From assembly GCA_011109175.1 (NCBI GenBank), contig RDEW01000042.1, positions 254,504-318,503 of the forward strand: a stretch of 64,000 nucleotides of DNA, written 5' to 3'. The notes below the pieces were generated by a model. That model was not told the origin of the DNA, made no database searches, and saw only the letters and a list, made by a program, of their open reading frames with translations. This DNA comes from Dicyema japonicum. Lineage: Eukaryota > Animalia > Dicyemida. Shown in pieces: positions 26,095 through 37,929 of this stretch; position 1 is the first letter of the stretch, and the number at the start of each line of letters is the position of its first letter. The position numbers were made by a program, and so were the translations under genes.

Positions 26095-26485
26095 TTTCTC
26101 TTGTGCCGTATTCCGAATCATTCTCTCCGTCAGCTTCGACCATGATCTTCTGTTGCGCACTATTTCTCTTAGGTAGTCCAGGTCGTCTGCCATTTCCATT
26201 ATAATATCAGATGCTGTCCACACTCTTGTAACCATAATGTCGGCAGGCCGACGGGAGGAAAAAGGTTGAATTTTCCAAAAGTACTGTACATTGTAAAGTC
26301 GTTTTTGTCTCTTGTAGACAGCAGACAGAGACGTTATATTTGGTTAGATTACATACCAGTTGGTGTTTCTTGTAAGGTTGATTAAGTCCTCTGCAATTGA
26401 AAGATCCAAGAGTGAACGGAGAAGTCGGTAAAGAATACGAATAAGACATAGTGCAATAGAGGTGTCGTCACCACCTCAACCAATA
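26095..26485 (-). mobile_element. Internally deleted RTE-like element (EN start joined to 3' end)
   Basis: FTLGSFNCRGL..VCCLQETK; 5' motif shared with 54046-54071. Confidence 0.6.
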
Positions 26486-26580
26486 TACAGGATGCATAAA
26501 TTATAAAAATAAATATTATCCTATTGTAGAGATATGTTTTTATATAAATTTTATTATAATCTTATTTTTAATTATTTTTT

Positions 26581-27946
26581 AATTACACGGGTCCGATGCG
26601 TTTGTTGGAATTGACTAGGGAAACTTGAAAAAATTGAGAAATTTCAAAATTCACTAATAATGGAAAATTCATTATACAGGATATAACCATTTGGATTAAA
26701 AGAACTCTCGAAAAAAATTGTTTTTGAAGACGGTAAAGCATTTTTACTGAAGGATGATCTAAAATTACGGTTCTTTGCAGTTGAAGATAAGGAGCTGAAG
26801 TTAACGATAATTAAGGTAGTGTATCTGCTTTGTTAAAATCTGAGCATAATAAAAACCATTTTGGCCGAGATAGTCCTAATAGTATGTGGCGGAATAGTTT
26901 CTAAAACAAATGAGAAGATTACCGCCTTGTTTTAAACAAATGTGTTTATTTCCAAGTATTGGTTATTTTTATTATTAGCTAGTCGAAAAATTGATGGCAA
27001 CAAAGTCACCCATTACTCCAATTCTTGCCCGAGGTCCAAGAGACCATTATATCGCAGATCTTATAGATCTCAGAAGATATTCAGAAATAAATCGCTCAAA
27101 CTCGTGGGTAAACTTTAATAATTATTTATATGAAGGTTCTAGTGGTCGTTGACTCACTCACCAAGATTGCTGTTGTGGAACTGGCAAAGAAGTGCATTGG
27201 AAATCTCATCTCTACTTGAGAATATATTTTAAGTTATTGGAGAACCCGTTATTCTTCAAAATGATAACGGAAAGGAGTTTCGCAATTCTGAAATGGATAA
27301 GCTCTGTGAATTTTTACAAAATAAAGCATATCTGTGGAATGCCTAGAGCACCATGGGTACAAGTTGAAAGGCTTATTTTAAAGCTACAATAAATTGCTTC
27401 AACCAATCAAATAAATGATGGATATTTTCAACGAGTGCTTCAGCTGGAAGTTTTGGAGTTTACTTTAACATTATAAAGAGGATTGTATATGATTACAGTC
27501 GAACAAAATATGAAACGACAAAGAATATTCCCTTTCAAGTTGGGAACTAAAAAAACCAAACGAAAATGGAATAAATGCATTAATGGCATTCGATGGAACC
27601 GACCCAGAAGAAGAAATAAATTACGAAAACAATGAATGTTTGGAAGATGAATCACAGAATATTCTGGAAAATCTTCAAAAAAGCAGGAGAGAAAATGAAA
27701 AAAAGGAAAATATAAACGTGGGAGATAAAGTTAGACATGATTATGATGGAAATATGTCAAACAGAAAGTATCCTTTGTTTAATGAAATCCAAATATGTAT
27801 ACAGTGGTTCACCACAAAGTACATAATTATGATCTAGAAGATATGGAAAAAATGTAATCAAAAATGTAAATATCTCAAGATTTGCTAAAATTTTAAAATA
27901 AATAGTTACATTTTTTACTTTTTGTATTATGTCGCACACGGTAATT
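26581..27946 (+). mobile_element. Degenerate Ginger-like/rve integrase DNA transposon, copy 1, with short introns
   Basis: EHNKNHFGRD (HHCC), PITPILARGPRDHYIADLIDL, VLVVVDS, ILQNDNGKEF, PRAPWVQ.VER; imperfect terminal inverted match aattacacgggtccga / tcgcacacggtaatt. Confidence 0.7.
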
Positions 27947-27980
27947 AAGTTGGATCAAAAATGTTATTTAGAGTTGCTCT

Positions 27981-28306
27981 TAATAATAATAATAATAAAG
28001 CCTTTTCACGAGAGCCATAGTATTTTATAGCTCCGCATAGGCAGGACACACACTTTATTTAAGTAAAGAGAGTTAATTTTAACTAATCGTAGGAATGATC
28101 TTCACTTCTTTTTTTCTTTTTCTTGTGTGAGTGTCCTTTCTAGACAATCCAGTTCCGCAGTGAGTATTCACTGATGACGGCGTCACTCGTCAAACCATTT
28201 CTGCATCGTAGATGCGTGGAACCTTCCACCAGGTGAACAGCAGCGAGATTCGAACCCGTAGCCTAAGCCACTTAAGCCCGACACCTAACCACTAAGCCAC
28301 CAGGCT
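27981..28306 (-). mobile_element. tRNA-derived SINE family 1, full-length copy A
   Basis: A box TGGCTTAGTGG, B box GGTTCGAATC, structured body, (TTA)n tail; homologous copies at 48293, 53276 and 60948. Confidence 0.85.
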
Positions 28307-28499
28307 AAAACTCAGAGTCAAATACACCGCGGCCAAATGACGCAGTATCAAATTAGCTTTCTAAAATGATGGCTTTGTTAGGGTTGTCTTTCGAATTCTG
28401 TTTTGGTTTTTTTCCTAAATCAGTTAGGATATTCATATCTCAAATTTTAAAAGTTTACAATTAAAATTTATTAGTTTTTAATGTTAGATAATTTTTTTA

Positions 28500-28690
28500 C
28501 AATTAAAAATAGAGTAACGGTTATATAGAAGCTGCCCTGACTGCGTGACTATTCCCTCTCAGGATAGCAAGCGAGATTCACTCAAATAACCAGCAGTGCT
28601 CACGCGATCTGATTCCTTAGACAACTCAATAATTCCAGCGTCGCAGGCGCAGGGGAACCATACGTCTCAACGGCGAGTGGAACAAACAAA
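28500..28690 (-). mobile_element. CRE-like element 3' fragment
   Basis: VPLAVETYGSPAPATLE..ISLAIL.GNSHAVR; closely similar to 48862-49030. Confidence 0.75.
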
Positions 28691-28894
28691 AAACCCTTGG
28701 ACAGGAGCGCGTACTTTCCCCGTTTGTAAAAATGATTAGTTTAAAATGGAAAACCTCTATATGTCCATTCACGAATCACAAAATTGAAATTTATATTGCG
28801 GGGTTTTGAGGTTAATTTTCATGATCAAGGTTTCGTCAATATCTCGTTATTAAATGACTAGACGGATCCAAAAGAAAATTGGAATTCTCAAGGA

Positions 28895-29372
28895 TTTCAC
28901 TCACTCTCCAGAATCTTCCCGCCCATCGTTATAGCTTCTATACAAAAATTCGTTCTACCTAGTATCAAGTACGCCTGTGCTCCATGAATTGCCCCCTTAT
29001 CAATATCGGCACAGAGCAACTTGGAGGTTTTACAAAATCGATGTCTCAGGATTCTATTGAGATCGTCGAAAAAGACGTCCACTTCGTTACTGCGGAGAAC
29101 ACTAAACGTTCCCCAATCATGGAATACATTACGGAACGTCACCCGGACTTTTTCGAGATGGCAAAGTTCCCCGACCATCCCATCGGACCGCACATCAGAT
29201 TATATGTGGACACCTTCTCGAGATATGAGAAGAAACCTTCACCGCTGTGGAGATTAATCCAGGACTCCAAAACTAACCGCAGGAAAAGGACTGGTATGGA
29301 CACCGAGATCACTTAATTAGACGATAGCATTTATCCTCCTTCTCGTGATTTCGGGGTTAATAAAATAAAAAT
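28895..29372 (+). mobile_element. 5'-truncated LINE 3' end
   Basis: EVLQNRCLRILL; ends ..TEIT* cacttaattag..cggggttaataaaataaaa. Confidence 0.7.
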
Positions 29373-29719
29373 AATTAAATGACAAAACAGTTAGGTAATC
29401 TCAGTTCCGGCAATCGACCTAGTTGTCCAACGTCTTGCTCTCCCATTGTTCCACTATGTTATAAATGACGTTCAGAGAATTATCCCATATCTGTGAAATA
29501 CAAATGAACTTTTATTTGGGATTACTAGCAGCTTGTAACCCTTCATACAGGAATATTTAAAACTTTGCGTCACATTTATAACTTCCATAGGGATTGAAGC
29601 ATAGCTGTTTGCATCCACCGTTATCAAAGTCTTGTTTTGTCTGAAAATAAAAAGGCCGTCATCATTGTCTCCTTTTTTAGAAATCCTTACTTGCAATGGC
29701 ATATGCGTGAGCAAATTGT

Positions 29720-29970
29720 ATTTTCACAGATCATGTTCTTGGGACTACTGTGGAAGAACATCTGGGGAAAGGACCTACTAGGGGAGAACTAACCGGAGAT
29801 GGATTTACTAGTTTTGTACCTACTACGCTCTGGATATATGGGCGTTTAGAGGATTCATGGGATCCGACGCTAGGACGAGATTAAAAATGGAGATGGGGTG
29901 CATCGGAAGTGTCCAGGACACATAGGCGGACTCGTTAAAATACTTTTTAAACTAACTCCTAATTCCTGTT
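29720..29970 (+). mobile_element. LINE 3' end with ctcctaa tail
   Basis: gtgtccaggacacataggcggactcgttaa..actcctaattcc matches the reverse complement of 49176-49232. Confidence 0.45.
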
Positions 29971-32619
29971 TCGAATAAAGTGTTCATGTTGTTGTTGTTC
30001 TTACATGCACTAAAGACAATGCTCCTGAAAAGGACAAGATCGACTGTCGGGGTAGAAGTCGGTTGGCATGCCCTACCGTTTCATTACTTCCCCCATCACT
30101 TAATTTACAGTACTTTTTCTTTATAATAACTTACTTACTCTTACAAGAACTCCGTTGACTTGTCGACGTTGTCACGTTGTCTATCATTACAAAAACCCGA
30201 CAAGTACATTGAGCAAGCAAAGATCCTGAAGATAACTATATTTCCAAAAAGATTGATTCTTTTGAGAATAACCTTGAATTTACAAGAGATTACTTGTTAG
30301 CGGATATTACGTAGTCACGTTTTTTCAAAAGAGCAGCGGTACAAATTCTACCAAACGAGACATTAGTGGCAGGGTCACAGAATGCTTGCTGTAAATATCG
30401 AGGAAATTATTTATGTTTTTCCTCTGAAGATTTAGGGAATGAATTTATTAAGTTACTTTTTTTTAATTTAAAAAACCTGAAAAATTCACTTAAGTTGCCT
30501 TATAAATTTCCCCCACGGAAGGTTTCCAATGATTATAATGAACTTCAAATATCTCGAACAGGGTCTCACTTACTATATTAACGCAAAATAGACAAATTTT
30601 TGTTTTTTTTGCTATTGAAATATTAAAGTTTATTTTAAAAAAAATAAATAAAGTCTTTTAGTTAAGAAGCCAGAATTGCAAAAGTGTTTCCTCTATCACC
30701 GCCAATTATAGCCTCTGCCTAAACCAAAGTCCATCCATATGCAGTACATGTCAAAAGAGTCTCCACCTCGATTTAATGATTTCCATCCTCAATGTGTATT
30801 TTAAGTTGCATGATAGAGTCACTTATTCGAAATTTTCTTTGGCCACTCCGAGTCTGATTACTTTCGTAAATGTTTCTGTGGAAGGTATCTTTAGAAGTTC
30901 TTTCTAAATTGCCCCCTATGTTCCCAAATGTATGCGTTATCTACTCTCAAATTCGTTTTCAAGATTTTCTCTAAAATCTGTTCCACTTTCTTATAAATTA
31001 CTGCCGCTATGACCCTCCTGTAGAGGATCTGGATGATCTGAGGGCGGATGCGAGAAACAGGGGAAGATGGAAACGACTCACAGAGCGTATCCAGAGATGC
31101 ATGGCAAAAGTAGAATCTCAAAATAGTTAACTTTTCTGGTTCCGCGTGATTGATATTAATAATAAATGACCCTCCTTGTATAATGTCCTCACTGTCCTCA
31201 ATTAATTTTCTTTTTCTTCTCCAACCTTCTTCACCATACTCAGGTTCTCTTCTAATCTTGATTGAGTTTCAAAAACCAGTTTTTTAATTCATTTGGGGTT
31301 GTGGCAGATAACCTATCCAATTCACAGCCTTTTCGCGTAAGAAATCACTGTGTCAAAGACACTAGACATATCATGTCCCGGGCATTTGAACTAGTTTTTT
31401 ATCGTCGACACAGAGAACACATTCACCTGTAGGACCAGACAACATCCGCAGTAGAACATCCCCCTTTGAACCCCCTCTGCCCCGGAGACAAAAAATCTCG
31501 ACTTTATGAGATATTGGGTTGATGATAATCAAAGATAGTATCTTTCAGTAATATCACCGCCCTCAGATTTCGTAATGGTCCTTTGCTCCTTCCTGGTTTG
31601 TGCAAAAGGACTAAATCCCATCTCCAAGCTTTAAAAAAGATAAGAGCAACCAGTTCCACGGAAGCATATATAATCATCCCCCATGTGTATTATTCAGCAG
31701 CCCGGATATTATTCAGTTTACTGTGAACCAAGTGAGTCCCATTGGTAAATTTCAAACAGATCAAGCAGTGAGATTTCATTTGTTAACATGTTTACAGAAA
31801 TAGTCAGCAATAATCTCAGTTTTTGATCACTATAGGTGGGGGTCACTCTAGAATCGGTTAACAGTGCCTTCAGGGATCTTAGGCAGAGTCGTAAGCTATC
31901 TGGTTAATTCTGACGTAGTCTCAAATTCCGTTGTTTCTTAGTCCAATCCATGTAGTTTATGCCTTGGGGGATGTGCGAATGTCGAAATGCAAATAAAACA
32001 TCGAATAAATTGCAAAATTATACACGTGACTCTCCAGGTATAATTTGCATTTATTTGAAAAAATATGCCATTTCTATAGGAAGTCGGTCTGAAAAGGAAT
32101 AAATCTTTTCTGTAGACTGCTCTACGTCAATTTGAGTAAATCATAATACGAAATTTCTTTGAAATGGCCTTGAAGTTGGACTTTATGACTATAAAACACA
32201 TAACGAAAACAGCCCCATTAATCAGGATATTGTGAACAAGCACTTTTAGAGAGCTTTTATGATATCATAGCAGTGATGAAGATAACAGAGAGACACTTGT
32301 GGAACATTTAGAGTATAAAGTCATGAAAGATAAGGAACTTGTTTTCACACTGCTTCTTCATGTTTTCAAACAAGAAGCTCATGAAAATGTTCTTAAGCTA
32401 TTAGCAGATATTGTGCATTCACTACTAAAAAGAAGGAAATAATATGAAAATGACAGATTTATTTATCAAAAAATAACAATCTAATGATTTATTTTGTTTA
32501 ATAAATGTTTAATAAATGGAGGTATGTCTAGCTTATTTCCAAAAAATAATTACACAAAATAAATAGGGGAAATTTATTAGATTTGTTATAAAAAAAAACT
32601 AAAAAATATTCTATTTTAA

Positions 32620-33160
32620 AAAATAATTAATCACACGAGATAAATTATTCTAGTGGGGTTCTATAAACACTGACAACACAAGAACTTAACGAAATTAAGA
32701 TATTTCAGTCGCAAGATGTATTGCCGAGCGATACTACGCCTAAACAAAACATAAAAATCAGATTTTTGGCAAAAAATGTTAATATTTGAAGATGAAAATT
32801 GTTATTACATCTCAGATAATGTAAAACTTCGATTTTTACGATTCAAGAGAGAGAACTGAAAGTGAAAATAATCGAGGTAGTATTTTTCATGATAGTAGTA
32901 TGAACATCAATTGATCCATTTCGGACGCGATCGACTATACAGTATCCTAAGAAATTTACGGAATTTCGAGAATTGAGGTCAGAAAGAAGTGTGTCCACTG
33001 TCAGTCGAACAAGCTGATGGCTGCTATTCCCGCGATTACACCAATCCTTGCCAGAAAACTTCTAGATGCTGAAAAAAACTAAAATAATTCATGTGTAACT
33101 GAATGAATGATTTTTATTATAGATTCTTGTTGTGATCGACTCTTTCTCAAAGCACGAAAG
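32620..33160 (+). mobile_element. Ginger-like/rve integrase element, copy 2 (5' part)
   Basis: KVKIIE|YEHQLIHFGRDRLY..CVHCQS..ITPILAR..|ILVVIDSFSK; introns 32877-32898 and 33095-33122. Confidence 0.7.
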
Positions 33161-33667
33161 CATTAGATAGATTCAGTTTATCAGCTTATTTTTTAACAAT
33201 AAAACACGTTTATTTTAAAAACATTTAAAGTTATTTTACTAAGTTACTTTAAGGGAATTATATTTCTGGATTTTCCTATACTCCACCATGTTTGCCGCAT
33301 CTCTAGGTGATTGTGTCAACGACCTTTAGTTAGTTAGATGCTCTCCCGCTTACCCATAAGCAGTTGAATACTTAGGGTTCCGCTTGTGCCGTGCTCTTCG
33401 CTATCAGTTCCTCTAGTTTCCTCCTCCCACGTCTCCGCAGTTCATGGAGAAACCCATGATAAGATTTATTTTTTAGTGCTCGAAGCGAGTCCTCAGACGT
33501 TGAAATTTTCAAATTATAAACGGGATAAAATACAGAGAGTACGATTAAGACATTGATTGACATTATTATAGAAGTGTCAACCACTCAACCAATTAGAAGC
33601 GCCGACCAGTGATGGTGACGCAAGTTAAATTTTTTAAACGTAAAAATAAATTTATTCAAAATCAATT

Positions 33668-34798
33668 TTACAGTCTCTTAGGAAATGAAATCGCCTCACC
33701 CAGCTTATTTTTGACATATTTTCGTTTCTTAGCATCATTATATTGAATTCTTTGTTTGAGTTTCCTTTCATTAGACAAAACTAGATTATTATAATTCGAC
33801 AATATTCTCTCTTTTCGCTTCTTATGCTTCTTCTCCCCCACTTCTTTATTAGCCTCTCCAAACATTCGATTAAAATAGTCCACTACCAGGCTGGTCTGGA
33901 CATCACCGAATATTTTCGTGCTGTGTCTCAGAATCTAAAAATAACCCAAATAGGTACCTGACGACTTGTCGTTCACTTCTCTACACAGAATCTTCATAAT
34001 CGTCAAAAACAGCACATCAAAGTTCTTAGACTCACTCAAGTCTACAGAAAGCTCCCCCAGCAGCGTAAACACAGCCCTTCTCTGCCACAATAACCAAATA
34101 TCACTAACCAACACAAATTCTTTGCTCTCAAGTGAATTCACCACAGTCTTCTTCAACAAATCCAACATCTTGAGGACAACGTCACAAGGATCCCCCAAAG
34201 ATATCCCCATCTTGCATATAAAACGAAGAACACGTGTTATCTAGTAATCACAACAGTCAATATATTGCTAGCAAACTCCTCAGTCATTTCACACGTGTCG
34301 AATAATGATACCACAAGCTCAACCCCTCAACAGAGGCCCAATCGTCCCCAAAGATGACCAACAATAAACTCAAGGACTCAGCACATGACAGAATCGATAA
34401 TATGAGCTTGGTACACATTTGCCGTATCCAAGAGTGAGGGTAGGACAAATGGGGGACAGAAAACTCTACAAATAAAACTCCACAATTACTCCATATAAGC
34501 ACATCACAGTCACTGGGGGACACATTTTTCACGTATTTTCCGAGATTCAGCAGGTAGCCAAACATAGAGAACAGAAAACTGTCAGAATAAAACTCCGAGT
34601 AACCCCCACAATCTGAATCACATGGTCATCAATATCCTTAAAAGCCTGTAACCCCCGTTTCCGTCCATCTTCCTTCATTGGAAAGAAAAGGACAGAGATT
34701 TTAGGAGCCAGTTCAACGACACCATTCTGATCTCCCTTAAACCAGTATTTCACGTGTCCCAAAAGCTCATTTCACATTTTATCGTCCACCTGCAATGC
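33668..34798 (-). CDS. UTP20: Small subunit processome component 20 (UTP20), 3' portion
   Basis: HLSYPHSWIR, QRRAVFTLLGELSVDL..ILCREVN, and the basic tail KKRKERIL..DAKKRK match the UTP20 C-terminus; begins at the N at 34799. Confidence 0.85.
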
Positions 34799-34799
34799 N
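34799..34799. other. Single-N scaffold join (others at 37929 and 51462)
   Basis: Literal n characters; gene content switches abruptly at 34799 and 37929. Confidence 0.9.
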
Positions 34800-37700
34800 C
34801 CACCCAACATACCTGCAACAATTAGCAGCTTCAAAAAAGGCTTTGTCTGCAGAAATAGAACGAATATATCTCAGTAGGGATAAAGAAATTTTAGTAACGT
34901 TTTCTCCAAGTTGACTAAAAGCAGACATAGCACAAGACGAAGAATAGTAATGAGAAATCATCAATAAAGTGTCAAACTCTGATTTAACCAAAGAACTATT
35001 TCCAGATGTTTCAGTCTATAATTATAAATGATAATACCAGCGATAAAAACACATTTCTAAGTTTAGATAATATATCATATGCTTCTCTTTTTGCCTTTGA
35101 ATCTTCACCAATTTCAAGAAAATAATTGTTAGTTATTTCAAAATGAAGTTTTCTATAAATTGAATACATCTACAAAATTAAAAGTTATTAAAACCTGTGG
35201 ATTTGCTGGAGGTTTAAATTTGTCAAAAATACAAACAATTTGCACATAGTCTTCCATTTTCATAAGTTGAGCAGCCCTCATTCCAAGATATTTATTAAGA
35301 TTATCCCTTCCCTTTAATTATCGTCAATTTAATCAAACTTCGAGTGAGGCTTTTTCAAAGACAATCTCCCACTCATTTCTTTCTATATGAATTTGAATCC
35401 CTTCAGTTGAATCAATTTGAGATAACTAAAATATACACATTTAAAGACCTCAAATATATTTCCTTTATTTTTTAAAAATTGTTTATATTTATTTTCAACA
35501 TAAGGTTGGTATCTTTGAATTATATTATAAAAACTTTGGATCCAACTGAGCAGCTACTTTACGAGCTTTCTTCCATTCTCCGCCTTCCATTAAGACATCA
35601 ATTGATTCTTTAATCATATCAATTTGTAATAATTTTTCAGCTGCCTAAATTATGTCAGTAATATATACTTTTAGATATAGTCCATGTTTGACTAAAATAC
35701 CAGATATCTTTTCAATAATTATTCGTGATTTATCAGATTCTAATCTTCTCGTTGACAAATCAAATATCAAAATAATTTATAATTTACCTTATTGCAACAT
35801 TTCTCTAATAATTCTGAACCAATTTGTGACTGTGATACTACATGTAGATAATATTCAATAGCTTTATCGTAATCATTGGAGATTTGATATGATTTAGCTT
35901 GGTTTAAAAGTTTATCAATTGTTTCATCTGTTACACATATTTTACTATTTTCATAATCTTTAACAAGTTCCGATATTTTTTCTGGTGCATATTTTTTTGC
36001 TATTCGTATACTATCCTCCCACATACCATTATCCTATTTTAATGTAACTTATAATACTTTATATAATTCCAACAACATAGATGGTTCATCATTTGAAAGT
36101 AAAATTGATTCAGATTGATTATATTCACAATTCATGAAACAATCTTTCCCTTGAGCAATTGCAATCTCCTTTAATGATGAATTACTATATGTTTCCGCTA
36201 CAGCGTTTGCAGCTTTCCAGGCTTTGTTGTTTATGTGCCTAATTATTCAATTATTTAAGAAAACATTAAAACAGCCTCATGTGGGTTCTTTGATGCTATA
36301 AAGTATTTTTCTGCCTCCTCAAAATTACCTTCATCCTCCAAAGTGAGTGCATATTGTAGGTACACATCTGTTAGTTGTTCGGATTTTGTATTCTCTGCAA
36401 TAGAAATGGCGAATTTAAAATCTCTTAATATTTTAATTTGTTAAAATAAACTTATTTTCAATCGCATCATTCAAAGTTGATCTCACTAATCCATATTGTA
36501 AGAGAAGTTTAACCGCTGCATCTGAAGTAAGAGTTGTAGCCCACTCATAGACCAAACGATTGACTACTTGTTTTGTTCCATATTCCTTAGACACCTTATA
36601 TTTATATTAAAAATAACTCTAATAGCATCCTCCCAGTAAGATATCTTTCTATACATTGATACTGTATTTTTCCATTTTCTGGCATTTAAATAAAACTTTT
36701 CTGCCCCTCTGTAATTACCAGTACTTTCATGTTCCTTTAATAAATAATAATATATACTTTCCCCAATTGAATGTAAATTTCATTTAAATGTTCTGGGTGG
36801 TATTGTTTTATTACTCTAATCATATCATCATACAATTTGTTCTTCATGTACATTGATATGGCTTTATCTGGATGTCCTGAATTTATATATAATCTTTAAT
36901 AAATTATTATTTTAACCTTTCAGCTTCTTTTAATTTCATAGATTCCTCCATTTTAACCGCATTTTCTACTAAAAATGATTCTGCTTCTTCTGTAGTCAAA
37001 TAGGTTTTTGCCAACTAACATAATTATAATTCATACATTTTGAGCATCCAATAGTTTTTGGTGTTTTGTGTACATTTCTATTGCTTCTCTAGGGCATCCT
37101 ATTTTTAAATATATTTCTTCTGATGCCTTCAAATCATTAAAATACAATTACCTTTAGATTACCAGATTGTTCATAATGAATTGCAATCTGTTTGTAATAT
37201 TCATTATATTCATTTATATTATAAAGAGACAAACTGTCTAATATTTGAACAGCAACATTCCATTGTTCTGATTTTATTGCAGTTTCTAAAGCTTTATAAG
37301 TTTTTCTTTAAAAATTATAATAATTCAACCCAGCTTCAATATAATGATTTAAGGCAGAATCAAATTCATTATTTTCCACTAAATAATCTGCAAATCTTTC
37401 TTCTAAAATAAGGACTTTGTCCGGATATATTTTTCTAGCAATTTCGATAGCTAAATAGTAAAATGTAAAACCTTTAGAAAATATATTCCATTTACTATAA
37501 CACTGATAAGCTTCTTCCATGTTTGATGTACATTCTAGAAATTCACCAGCCTAATAAGTAATAATTATAACTTGTTCATATAATTGAGCTGTTATAAGTC
37601 CATTCTTAATACGATTTATCAAAATTTGATCATTTTTTAAATTCTTATTTATAATATTAAAGTACATGATGCGAAGATATAATTTTTGCAGCACTGATAG

Positions 37701-37928
37701 GAGATCCAGAAATTAAATATAGTTCAATTGCATCCTTATAGTCACCGTTTGATTCTTTAATTTGAGCTGCCTTTCGTTCCTGTCCAGAACTCATTAACCA
37801 TTGAAAATAAGAGTCGTTTAATTCTTTATGTTTTATTGGGTCCTATAATATGGATTACCAATAACCTTCATTCTAGTAACAAAAATTGCTTCTTCCCATT
37901 TATTTAATCTCAAATACATTTCAATAAT
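34800..37928 (-). CDS. IFT172: Intraflagellar transport protein 172, internal TPR region (partial at both ends), many 21-28 nt introns
   Basis: Spliced translation IEMYLRLNKWEEAI..SYFQWLMSSGQERKAA..LYEQAGE..LEERFADYLV..ALNHYIEAG..ISHYY..SLLRY..ADKAFFEA is colinear with IFT172; introns e.g. 37843-37865, 37644-37665, 37551-37571, 37451-37471. Confidence 0.93.
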
Positions 37929-37929
37929 N

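Noticed and set aside
28165-28200. ctgatga suggesting a hammerhead ribozyme core
   Set aside because: No GAAA after stem II and no stems I/III; it is the antisense of a SINE hairpin
28232-28306. Possible tRNA gene
   Set aside because: A and B boxes are present, but acceptor and anticodon stems pair poorly and it continues into a repeated SINE body
29472-29714. 79-80 aa ORF sharing about 50 bp with 41205-41255
   Set aside because: Probably a Tc1/IS630-like scrap, but too degraded to call
33240-33600. Small ORF with a gtaag..ctaac..ag intron-like segment downstream of UTP20
   Set aside because: No consistent spliced ORF or recognisable homolog
34800-37928. Frequent in-frame TAA/TAG suggesting a ciliate-type genetic code
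   Set aside because: The stops examined fall inside short GT-AG introns; the exons read in the standard code
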